A stretch of DNA of 64,000 nucleotides from Saprolegnia diclina VS20. Taxonomy: Eukaryota. A model generated the notes under the pieces. The model was not told where the DNA came from and ran no database searches. It worked only from the letters and a program-made list of their open reading frames with translations. This document shows positions 25,201-36,172 of the stretch, one piece after another. Within the stretch, counting starts at the first letter, position 1; each line of letters begins with the position of its first letter. A program made the position numbers and the translations under genes. The stretch is taken from assembly GCF_000281045.1 (NCBI RefSeq), contig NW_008246074.1, positions 1,016,573 through 1,080,572 of the forward strand. The letters run 5' to 3'.

Positions 25201-27417
25201 ATAGAGACGTTGATCTAATGTCAAAGGCTCAATTTGTCCGAATGCTACAGTGAAAAACGTACCTCGAGACCACAGACGGTGACGAGGCGCTCGAGAACGA
25301 GCACGCGCACAATGGACTCAAACTCGCTCGTCAACATCATCTCGGCGTCGTGTACACTGCTGGCGCCTGTCCGCGAAAGCCACTCGGACGTGAAGGCGTG
25401 CTTGGCGACGTCGGCATTCCCACCCGCCGGAACTGAATGCAGGTACAAGGTCAGCGCCGACGCAAACGGCAACGACGCTTCTTGGAGCGACTCGGAAAAA
25501 TGGCTTGTCGCGTGTGGTTTGTGCTTGCGTGCGCGCTTCTCGCCGGGCTTTTTGCCGAGGAGACGGCGCCCCCACGCCCGAAGGTAGAGAACATAGACAT
25601 TTTTCAGAAAGAGCGCGAGCTCGATGCCCCAGAGCCCGATACAGACGCATAAGAGACCGTGCACATACTCGTTGAGCATTGTGGCGACCGTGAGCTTGCA
25701 CGTGTCGCTCATGTCGTCGATCGTTGTCATGGAGAGTTGACACTCGTTTTCGAGAAAGTCGAGAAGCACCGTCGAGTGCGAGCGCTGAAGCGCATCGAGG
25801 ATGTACTGCAAGAGCGCATGGACATACACTTGGTGCCACCCCCCATCGTCGTGCAAGTCGTGACGAATGATCTAATTCAACACATGCATCAGCCGCGGTT
25901 GCAGTCTACGAGTGTACCGTCGCCGTGTCGGTATGCACGATGTAGAGGACGGCAATCGAGATGGACTGCAGACAGAAAGCAAGGACAAGCGCATGTGTCT
26001 GCGCGCGGCGAAAGCGCGGCGAGCACCCGAGAAGACCCGACACCGTCACACTCGTGCTGTAGACTAGAAACGCGCCCGTGAACGACCACACGATTACGTG
26101 GGACGTGTCAATCGGGCGACCGTGCATGGACGACGCATCGAGGGCCACCGCGTAGAGAAGGGCTGCTGCAACCCCAAGGGCGCATAGACCAAAGAGAATC
26201 AAGAGCACATGAAGAAGGTGGACGACGGACCCGGACGACGCGGCCACCTTCTTGGTCGCGGTGGCAATGGCTGTCGTGGGACACGTTGGATCGAGCCACT
26301 TGAGTAGAAGCAGTGCCGTCCATTCGAGTAGTAGTAGGGCACTTAGCGAGAGTAGCGCGACTTGAAGCACATATGTGGCATCCACAAGCATGCTCAGAAT
26401 CGGGCGCAAGCACGACGCAAAGGTGGGGTCCATCGGCACGACAACATTCCCATCCAAGTAACTCGCGTTCACGGGCGACGCCGGCATGCACACGTCGTGC
26501 ACCCACGTCTTCATCCACTCGGGTGTCTCGGTGACAGGCGGTGGATACAACAGTGCATTGGCTTGGTACGAGAGCCAAGGAAGCGGGTCCGTGATCGCAA
26601 ATGCATGGTCGTCGGTGGTTGCGCTGGAGGGCGCAACGATGGTCGGCAAACTTGCATCATAGCTACCAGATGTCGTGCTGTTGCTGCTTTGCGGAAACAT
26701 AGTCTCAAACTGGTCTTGGAGAAACTCGAGAAGGACTTTGCCAAACTCGGCTTGGACAAACGACGTAATGTTGAGCGGCGGCGTCGCGTCCGAGTCGTTC
26801 AAGAAGAAACTCGGTCGATACAAAGTGTACGCGTGCGTCTCGTTCGAGTACGTCATGAGCGCGTTCTCCATGTCGCGGTGAAAAAGCTCGAGGGCGTAGA
26901 TGCCAAGGCAAAGGCCAAGAAGGAACCCCACGAGCGCCCGCTCAAACGACGTCAAGTAGGACCAGTTGGCTGACGCGGCACCTTTATAGCCAAGGAAGGG
27001 CGTGATGCCTAGCACGACGAGCAGCAGCAAAAGCACGAGCAAAAGCCAGCGCGGGAAATAAATGCTGTACGCCGACGCGGTGTGCAGATAGGCGAGGCCC
27101 GCAGCGACGCCAAGGAGGCAGAGAAGCGAGAGGCCGGTGGTGCGACGCAGCAATGTCTGGAAGACGGCAACGAACGGCGACACGAACGGCGGCAGGTTGT
27201 TGCGGGGGTGCTGGGCGGCGATGCCCTTTAGGAATGCCAGCTCCTTGGCCTCCATGGCATGCGTGCGCGTCACCATGCTCTTGAGCTACTCGCGTCATTA
27301 GGATTCTTGCATGGAGGCATCCAGGATCTTTACCTCTTCCGGTGGCATCTTGATGCTGTTGGGAAACACAAGGACAAAGAAGAAGCGCCATGGCTTCTTT
27401 GGCGGGCTGGCCGCCAT
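22215..27417 (-). CDS. Anoctamin/TMEM16-family protein with two N-terminal tetraspanin-like modules, multi-exon
   Basis: Anoctamin motifs PLTAVREYYGEQIALYFFWLGFY, LTEKENY.TQSEYE, YADIVVQFG, LRLDAF..C...RRP...AEDIGTW. Phase-0 introns at 27286-27333, 25872-25917, 25215-25262 and 25026-25079 link the upstream TM-rich ORFs in frame. Confidence 0.85.
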
Positions 27418-27526
27418 GGTCAGGAGTCGGCGTGGATCGCGCCTCTTCAAATGGACGAGCCTGATTGAACGGGTGGTGCCGACCTGGAATGAGGCACCAA
27501 ATTCGGACAGTTCCGAATTTTCAACC

Positions 27527-27781
27527 ATGGTCCGTGTCAAGGCGCTGTACTTTGCCGCCGCCCGCGAGCTCCTCGGTCTGCGGGAAGAGAAGATCGACCT
27601 TGGGGACGCGCCGACGACCGCGACCTTTCGCGCGACCCTCGCCACCAAGTACCCCCATGCTGCCGAGTACATCCAAGACATTACGCTCGCCGTGAACCTC
27701 GAGTACGTCCTCGGCGACGACGTGCGCCGCCTCCACGACGACGACGAAGTCGCTCTCATCCCTCCGATCTCGGGGGGCTAA
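27527..27781 (+). CDS. MOCS2A: Molybdopterin synthase sulfur carrier subunit (MoaD-like)
   Basis: MVRVKALYFAAARE...LAVNLEY...DEVALIPPISGG*; ubiquitin-like fold with terminal GG. Confidence 0.95.
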   Translation: MVRVKALYFAAARELLGLREEKIDLGDAPTTATFRATLATKYPHAAEYIQDITLAVNLEYVLGDDVRRLHDDDEVALIPPISGG

Positions 27782-27877
27782 ACGCAAGTAGACCGTCGTG
27801 TATCCGTGCGTCTGAGACTCCCGATGCTTTATCTCTGTTTCCCTCTCGCATCGTGGTGGCAGCCATCGTCGCCTTGC

Positions 27878-28441
27878 TTAGCGCTTGGCGTTCGAGATGA
27901 GCTAGAGGTGATGATCCAGCATACCCGATACGAGAACGCAAAGGTGATACCTTGTTCTCGAGGGTACGGATCGACGACCGGTAGTTGGCGAGGAGCGAGT
28001 CCTTCATGTGGAGCTGCTTGCGCTGCGCGTCGTGGGTCGCTTGCTGGTGCTGGAGCTGCGACGTCAGTATGGCTTGGTGGTGCTGAAGCTGGTCGATCTG
28101 GCGCTTCCACTGCACCTCTCTACGAGGCGTCGTTCGTGTCACTCAAGTCGTAGGATGGACGAAGCAGTCTACTGCAGTCGACTGGCCGCCATCTCGGTCG
28201 CGAGTTCCTCGTTCCGCCGGAGCACTTCCTGCAGGCTCTCGCGGAGCTCGTGGACAACCTTGGCATGCTCCAGGCTCGCGTCGTCTTGCTTGGATGCAGT
28301 CTCGGAAGGCTCATCCATGACCTCCTTGGCCGCCTGGTCCTTGAGGAACTGCTTGTGGAACGCCAGGATCCCCTCATGTAGCATGTCGATCTGCGCAAGC
28401 GCGTTGGCCCGAACGTCGTCCACCGCTGCGTCGCTCTGCAT
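27878..28441 (-). CDS. Hypothetical coiled-coil protein, 3 exons
   Basis: MQSDAAVDD...RLQ|EVQWKRQIDQLQ...LENK|LISNAKR* through two GT-AG introns. Confidence 0.6.
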
Positions 28442-28945
28442 CGTCCTGGGCCCGACCGGGTCAATTGGGAACTGCGATCTTTCCCGCAAAATCCGGTTAA
28501 TTGTGCGCATAACCGGATAATCGACATCAACCGCGCCAATGCTCACTGCGATTGGAGCCGCTTGCTGCTCTCACTGAGTACCTCGTCAACTTCACGAGCA
28601 GCTGCATCTGCTAGTTCATTTACCAATGCACTCGACCACCAGCGTAAGAAAATTGCTTTAAGAAGGATTGCGAAAAGGTATTATTACGAGCAAATGACCT
28701 CGTGAACCATGAAGGAATCGATCAAGTCCATGAACCGAGGTGATCCCAGCGGCGCATATGTACATATTCAAGCCCAATAGCATGAGAATCGACCGACATT
28801 AGGCAAAGACTCTGCGAACGTCCCTAGAAGGTCACATACGCAGGGCTTGCTTGCACCGAGGCGCAGTGAGCGGTCATGAAACCAGCACGAATACCACAGC
28901 AGCCCACGCACGATATGAAATGCAATATCAATTCATTTGATCGTA

Positions 28946-29179
28946 TTATGTCGAAGGACTAGGAGGCGGTGGAGGCTGCTGCGTTGGGCCTTGGTTGGGC
29001 CACAGCGTGCGCCACGCTGCGGACTGGTCCATGCGCCGCTTGAGGTTGGCCGCCCGATATGCAGCGACGTCCTTCATGTCTGACGCATCGCGAAGCTTGG
29101 ACTGGTCGCGGAAGAGCTCGTCTTGGGCGTCGCGCCATGCGTGCTGCGACCGAATGTCCTCAAGGAACGCGCCGAGCAT
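28946..29179 (-). CDS. Small hypothetical protein (77 aa)
   Basis: MLGAFLEDIRSQHAWRD... with coding-like composition; an inverted TATCCGG pair lies immediately upstream. Confidence 0.5.
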   Translation of the reverse strand: MLGAFLEDIRSQHAWRDAQDELFRDQSKLRDASDMKDVAAYRAANLKRRMDQSAAWRTLWPNQGPTQQPPPPPSPST

Positions 29180-29506
29180 GGTTTGGTTTGTGGCAACGTG
29201 CTTTATCCGGATCCACCCGGATAAAGCCCCAGAGGGAGCCGTTTTGAACGATAAGAGATGAAGCGACTTTGAGTGCTTCAAACGTGTGCACACTCAACGT
29301 ACTCGACCAATAATCAACTTCCTACGCCCACGTACGACTACAAGAGCGGCAAGTCGTCCTTCGGCACGCCGGCCTTGATGACGTGGCGCTCCCCCCGCCG
29401 GCGTAACGTAACGAAGTTGAAGCTGGCGGTTTCACGTAAAGGACTACAGAGTCAGAGTACAAAGGGCCGGAAGCAAAGCTTTTACATATGCGGGCGACTT
29501 GAGACC

Positions 29507-30603
29507 ATGCCAAAAGGAGCAGAACCTGATTTGATGTCTGCGCTTGACTCCTCCGCTCTTGCCTCTGCCGCTTCGCCCACCGACGTCGTACATTCGTCCG
29601 CGAGCCGCTCGCTGTGGTCGGCTGGGCGGGATGGCGTGCGCCGCTGGCGCCAAAAGGTCATCTTCAACCGCTTCGCTCCGTCCATGGACCGCGTCCACAA
29701 CGATGCCGAGTTTACTCTGCGCAAGAAGCGCTTTGACGAGCACCTCAGTCACATGCGCACGCTCGAGGCACAGTTCTCCGCGCTTGTCAACAAGACCTTG
29801 GGTGCGTCGTCGATCGCGGTTTCTTGATGAATAGCTCATGCTGCTCTTCTTTCTACTAGAGTTTGGCGACGCGCTGGCGTCGATCGGCAAGGATGATGCG
29901 GCTATCAAACAGGACGGCGACCGGAGCACAAACCAGCGTCTCGAGGCTGTGCAGAGCGCAACGATTGCGTTTCGCGTACATTGGTTTGGACCAAGGTGGT
30001 TCTCATGTCATCACTTTGTAGACGGCCATGGAAGGCTCAGCGGTCCTGCACCTCCAAGACAAGGTCGCTGGATTGACCTCCACCTTTGTACGACATATAG
30101 TCTCATCCCCTTCGTTGTCTCATGCGAGAATCTCTATAGAAGGAGCCTCTGCACCACCGTGCCCAGCTCGAGCTCGACTTTCACCGCGCGTCTCGCCGCG
30201 TACGTGACGTGATCCATCATCACTCTTGTGGTGCTGATGCGTGATGCGGACTAGTATGTCAACGCCAAGCAGCACAACAAGCTTCTCGAGGTGACGCTCG
30301 CCAAGCAAGAGGTAGGCGCCCCCGCCCACGTGGTGCGTATCTTAGCCGGCGCGTAGCTTGAGGCGGCCTACCGCGCGCTCACGGTCGTCACCGAAACTCT
30401 CGTGGTGCAGTTCCGAAACCTCGAGGAGAAGCGCGTCCAGTCCACATCCGAGGAACTGGCAGAGGTATGGATGCAAAGAGTGTATGCCGCGTCGACATGC
30501 GATTGTTGCGTAGGTGCAGCAGCGCTTGGGCGACTTGTTTGCAGATATGAGTGCGCTGACGGCGCACGAGACACAGCCGGATGCGACCCACTACCTCTTG
30601 TAA
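29507..30603 (+). CDS. Helical BAR-domain-like protein, multi-exon
   Basis: DAEFTLRKKRFDEHLSHMRTLE...|EFGDALASIG... followed by further helical exons with GT-AG introns. The fold call is tentative. Confidence 0.55.
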
Positions 30604-30724
30604 CTCGACAAAAGTGTCTTCGAAATGGAATTGAAATGATCAGTTTGCACCAAGAATCTCTTCCGTCAAGGGACAGACTTGAAGGGGAAAACGTCCAAAA
30701 CCGTTTTACAAGATTCATGCGCGA

Positions 30725-33475
30725 ATGGCTGGCGTGTCGGTCGCCGCGATTCCCCGGTTGTTCTTGGACGACGTCAGAAACGCCAAGCATTCATGGGATT
30801 GGCAATCAAACGCTAGCAGCATCGCGTCGTCCGACGACGAAGCCCCTCCGAGTGGTCTGATATCCCCACTCGCATCGACATCGTCCTTGTCGTCATTGTC
30901 GTCGAATGACGATGGTGACTCGGACGTGAGTTCCGTCTTAACTGATGCCTCGGAGAACGACGTTGCCTCGCTATGTTCCTCGTCCGTGGGTTCCATCGAG
31001 AGCGACCCGGTACGACCCTTCTTGCACCATTTCGGCGCCGTCAACGGCGGTTGGGCATCGGTGTTGGCCGTCCCACGCGTCCTCTACGCACACCAGCTCG
31101 TCGACGCCAGCCAACATGCAGTGCACGCATTCCCACCCAAGCCAACGCGTCACAAAGACACAAGTGACGACAACGATGCCGATGGCCAAGAATTGCGACC
31201 TGTATTCTGCCTCACGCAGCTGCACCGCTTCGAGGTAGTGTACTGCAAACGGCAAACTCAGCACCATATCAAACGACGTGTCTTGTAGCTACCTGCCATG
31301 TCCTCACAAACGACACCCGAGGTCGGCACGCCCTACTTTGCCCCGCACATAGCAGCTGCGTTTCCGTGCAAGTCCCACAACGAGTGGTACCTTTCCTATG
31401 CCGATATCCAGCACCTTCTCGACGTGTACGTTCGACCCCGCGACGCTGTCGTGGATCTCGGGGCCGGGCGGTCCCAGCTCGCCCGCGATATGGTGCTGCA
31501 CGGCTACCATAACGTCACGGCCATCGACAACGACGCGAAATTGCTGCCGTGTGTGGAGGCGTCGCTCGCGCCATTCTTGCACGTGGTATGTATGGACGCG
31601 ATGCAGCTAACGCTGGCGCCGGCGTCGATCGACGCTGTCCTCGCAAAGGCCTTTTTCGAAATGCTCTCCGCGTCGGCGCAGTGCGCTGTGCTCACACAAG
31701 TGCTGGCCTGTCTTCGCCCGGGCGGTATCTTGTTTGTCGTCGCGTTCAACAACGACAATAGCTGGTGGGCAGCACCCGACGTTGCACGTCTCCTCGCACG
31801 CGCCGCCGTTTGCATCGACGACCAGCCCGTCGGTCCGATCGTCGGCTCGCCCATGGACCGTTCGCACGCTTGTCGGGCGCGGGTCTGGCGCACACGGGCG
31901 TCCATGGACGACATTTCGCATCGCGCAACGTGCGACGCGGCCAGCACACTGGCAGCGCGCTATGAATGGCGGCTACGGGCTTTTGAGCGCCAGCTTCAAG
32001 CCGAAGAGGCCCTGCACGACGATGTGCTCTGTGTCGAGCTCCCGCGGATGATGGACGAAGACTTTCGGAGCTTGCTCGTTCGGCAGGAAGCGAGGAGCCG
32101 GAACAACGACGATGACATCGCACGCGCCCAACTAGTGCTCATGGAGAAGCCCATTGATGAGCATGCGACTTCGTGTGCGAGCCACGCATCGCCGTCCGCG
32201 AGAACCATCATTTTAGAGCCGCCAATGTCAGCTCTGAGAGTGCCAAGTATTGACAGCATCCAAGCCACCAGGCCCGACATGCAAGCCTACCCCGAGGTCG
32301 TCGTATCGCTCAACGTGTTGTCAGATCTGGGAGACGAGGCCTTTGCCGCCGAGGCAACGGATGGGGATGCGGCGTGTCCACCTTCAGAAAGAAGAGAGTC
32401 GGCCAGTGCGGCAGAGACAATGCACGGTGTCGCAGTCGCACTTGTGACCCATGTCCTCGCCGACGCCGCCGCGTTGGCGTCCAGCCCCGACAAGAAGCAA
32501 TCACAGCTAGTTGTTCCTACGAGCGAAATGTCTTTTGAAGGCCGTGATCGCAACGCCGTCGGGCCTCCACCAGGAGACAGCGATGCCGTGCACGGCGTTG
32601 CCGTCGCACTGGTAAACCACGTCATTGCTGATGTGGCCGCGCACATTCCAAGCCCGAAAAAAACAGTGCTGCGGCAGAGTCAAGGACCGTCCGAAGCGGA
32701 GAGTAAAGTCCACCAGCCTATAGCCGCGTCACCCGACGCAAACTTGAGCACTGCAGCTATCGAACACGGTGTTGCAGTCGCTCTTGTGACGGAGCTCATC
32801 ACAGATGCCACGGAACGGGCTTCAAGTCCCAAAAAACCAGCTCCCGAGCCAACAATCGCGTCTCCGCTACTCGAGCAAGACGTCCCAATCAATGGCACTA
32901 GTCAAGAGACCAACGCAGAATCCTTGAAGGTTCAAGCACAAGCGACGAATGCTGCTGCCATCGCTGCGACAGAACAGGTATCATTCGCCACCGAAGAGAG
33001 CGCACCGGCGCTGGCAAGCCCGCAAGACGCATCCATGTGTATGAACGAACCTTCATATTCCTCTGGTGCTATGATCGTCGACACCGCCTCGCTCAAGGAG
33101 CTGGAGCGCCTTCCCGACCACGAGGCAAATGGTTGCCCAGACGATGTGATCAAAGTCGCAGCTCGTGTGCAAGATTGCGAAGCGCAAGCGTTGGTGACTG
33201 AGGGGGCCAAGCCCCCAGCGGTCGAGTCGGAGCTTGCGTCGGCACCTTCGAGCCCATTGTGTGCGCTTGAAGATGATTCAGCCGCATGCACCAACGATGA
33301 CATGCTGCCTCGTCACGGGATGCGAGACGAAGCTCACCTGGCCTCTGCTGGGGAGTGTCCGTTCAACGAGGTCGGCTCTCTTCTCGCAAAACTCGTTGAC
33401 GACGTCGAGAACGAATGCATTTTGGACGTCTGTCGTCTCGCGCTCGCAGCTCTTGTTGACGCTCTCGAGCTTTGA
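30725..33475 (+). CDS. Class I SAM-dependent methyltransferase (METTL13/EEF1AKMT4-like) with N-terminal extension and long repeat-bearing acidic tail; intron 31235-31288
   Basis: EWYLSY, motif I VVDLGAGRS, YHNVTAID, MDAMQL, SIDAVLAK and LRPGG. The upstream 187-aa ORF joins in frame by a GTAGTG...TAG intron. Confidence 0.8.
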
Positions 33476-33740
33476 AATCAAGCAATTATGTCACTTGCTA
33501 CAACGTGGGGGTGGCATTGCTACCGTGGCAATTCTTCCCCTTGTCCCTGGATCCGTATCAACTGCATAATATGTTTAATGTAGTATAGCACGACGGGAGC
33601 GCGACGAGATTGCAGTCGAGTGGGACTCGAACCGACGCGGCCCTACCCCTGAGAGGATTTATGGAAAGTGGCGTGCGATTAGCCTCGAAACGGCAAGATC
33701 GCAACGCCCCGCAGAGCTAAATTTCCGCTGTCCTGCTCGC

Positions 33741-34554
33741 ATGAACATCTTCCAGCGCCACAAGACGTTCCGGCCCAAGAAGAGCCATAGCAAGGGCACG
33801 AAGCGCTACGATCTGCACAAGCATGCCAAGGCGACGCTCGGCGGGTACGCCATCCAGGTCGAGCCGCGATGAGGCGACGTTATTGTAGCGGCGACATGCG
33901 CTCGGCCGTCCGGCTGCCCGAGCACGAAGACCTCAACGAGTGGCTCGCCGTCAACAGTACGTAGATCGCTGTACCAGCTTTGACAACGCTCATGGTCTCT
34001 ACTAGCGGTGGACTTTTTCAACGAGATCAGCATCGTCTACGGCACGATCCTCGAGTTCTGCAGCAAGGCGTCGTGCCCGATCATGAGCGCTGGGCCAAAG
34101 TATGCTGCGTCCGCGCGATAGCATGCGTCATATCCGCACGTAGGTTTGAGTACCTCTGGAAGGACACGAAAAACTACAAGACGCCAGCCAAGCTGCCGGC
34201 GCCCGAGTACATTGACATGCTCATGAGCTGGGTCGAGGACCAGCTTGGCGACCCGACCGTCTTTCCCGCGACCGAAGGTAGACGATCGCCGCACGTGGTG
34301 GCTAAGGTTGCGTGCGCGTAGGCGCTGCATACCCACGCAACTTTCAGGCTGCGATCAAAAACATCTTTCGCCGGCTCTTCCGCGTGTACGCGCATGTGTA
34401 CTACTCGCACTTCGACAAGATCGTGTCGCTCGGCGCCGAAGCGCACTTGAACTCGTGCTTCAAGCACTTTATCCTCTTCGTCATCGAGTTTGACCTCGTC
34501 GACGCCCGCGAGCAAGAGCCGCTCAAGGACCTCATCGCCAACTTGGTGCGCTAA
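33741..34554 (+). CDS. MOB1: MOB kinase activator 1, multi-exon
   Basis: KTFRPKK, ATLG|GGDMRSAVRLPEHEDLNEWLAVN, CPIMSAGPK|FEYLW, APEYIDMLMSW, IFRRLFRVYAHVYYSHF and EAHLNSCFKHF. Confidence 0.96.
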
Positions 34555-34764
34555 GTGCACACAACATAGAGGCGCCTCTGCCTTCGCATTTGTTTTGTAT
34601 GTCATGTCGCTTTGGAGGCACCTTCAACGTCAGCTAAATCGACATTGCTTGCACTGCCAATCATGCGGAGGTGTCCAGTCGACCACGTTTGGCCTCACGG
34701 AGGATCTCGGCTTGTACATGTAGGACTCCAAGTAGGTGGTGTCCCTTTCTTCGTCCTCCCCTTA

Positions 34765-35384
34765 GAGCATCCCCAGCAGTCGTTTTTATACATAAATATA
34801 GCAATTTTTAAAAACGGACCTCCCCAAGAGGCGTTTTTATTTCTAAAAATTTGTAAAAATTTGCCGGTCGTTTTTATCGCGGTCGACTTTAAAAACATCG
34901 GCCAGCATTTCCAATCGTTTTTAAGGCCCATGCGACGGGCAATGGACGAATTCAAGGCATGAAAACGCCGTCAGAACTCAGCTCGGAGTTTTCTACAGTT
35001 GAGGACAGCCATGCCGGCAACACAGAGACCCCAGATGTAGCAGGAACCTCTCGGATGGCACTCGCATTGAGCGATCTGGGCAAATCATATCTGCACACAA
35101 GGCGTCGCTGCGCCCACTGACATGCGGTTAGCTCCGTCGCACAGTCATGAACTGCCTTGGTGACTCTCGCTAAGCGTGGCCGCGAGTAGGGCCTAGTCCG
35201 TGCTGGCGTCGACGGCGTCGCCTTGGAACCAGTGGAGCGCCTCGCAATCGTCGGAATGCTGATCTGTCAGCTGTTGATTGGCAACGTTTGGCAACGCTGC
35301 TGGGGAGCTCCATTTCCATTGCCAACTGGTCGTTTCCAAAGCCACCCGTTAGCAATAAAATGAAAACGACTCCTGGGGATGCTC
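34765..35384. mobile_element. Non-autonomous PIF/Harbinger-type DNA transposon (Tourist-like MITE), 620 bp
   Basis: 22-bp TIRs GAGCATCCCCAGCAGTCGTTTT (34765-34786) and AAAACGACTCCTGGGGATGCTC (35363-35384), one mismatch. TTA flanks both sides (34762-34764, 35385-35387). Confidence 0.88.
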
Positions 35385-35494
35385 TTAGTGTTGCCATCAA
35401 AACCATCGCACACGTGCTAGCAGGGCCCAACAAGCTGTAATTACATAGCCTCGGCTCCGCGACTAGCCGCTTGGATTAGGACGCGAGTCGACGG

Positions 35495-36064
35495 TCACGT
35501 ACTGTGCTCGAGCACGAGCGCTCGAAGCAGATCCTCGACGCCCGCATCCATCGACCGATAGTGCTGCATCGTATGGTACTTTTTGGTGCTGGCTTGGGTC
35601 TCGAGGGTTCTGACGACTTTGGGACGGGCCTGCGACATACTGCCAAGCGACTGCGATCGGCGGTGCGCAGTGGGTGAGCCACTCGCTGGTACGGACGCCA
35701 CGCGGCGCAGTGTCGGTTGTGGGGCGTCGACATCGACTGCGATGCTGCCGTGTCGTGGTCGCACGTCGTCGTCTGGTCCCATGGCTCTTGCGAGAGGCAC
35801 TGCATCGTCTGCGCTACCATCGACCAGTGGGTGATCGCGCCCGGTGCTGTCACTGTCGTTGCTCGGCAGACTCTGAGGGCAAATGGCAAGGAGCTCAACA
35901 CATTCAATGTAGGGCCATGGATCGTAGCCCAACGGGACGTACTCGGAGAGCGATGCGCGTATCGACGCTGGGGTGGGTAGTGGCACGAGGCTCTTGGCAA
36001 TGGCGCCAGCGACGGCCGCGCGGATCTCGGCGTAGATGCCATCCGGGAACGGCGCCATGTCCAT
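35495..36064 (-). CDS. Hypothetical protein; a short extra 3' exon is possible
   Basis: 189-aa ORF with coding-like composition and a GTACGT donor-like site at its end. Confidence 0.55.
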   Translation of the reverse strand: MDMAPFPDGIYAEIRAAVAGAIAKSLVPLPTPASIRASLSEYVPLGYDPWPYIECVELLAICPQSLPSNDSDSTGRDHPLVDGSADDAVPLARAMGPDDDVRPRHGSIAVDVDAPQPTLRRVASVPASGSPTAHRRSQSLGSMSQARPKVVRTLETQASTKKYHTMQHYRSMDAGVEDLLRALVLEHST

Positions 36065-36172
36065 GCCTCGCTCGTTACAAGGCCGTTACGTAATGCGGGC
36101 ACGAGGACGTGCCACGTCATAGACAGGCGCAATGACATAAATATATACAAGGTAGTTACGCAAATGGCAAAG

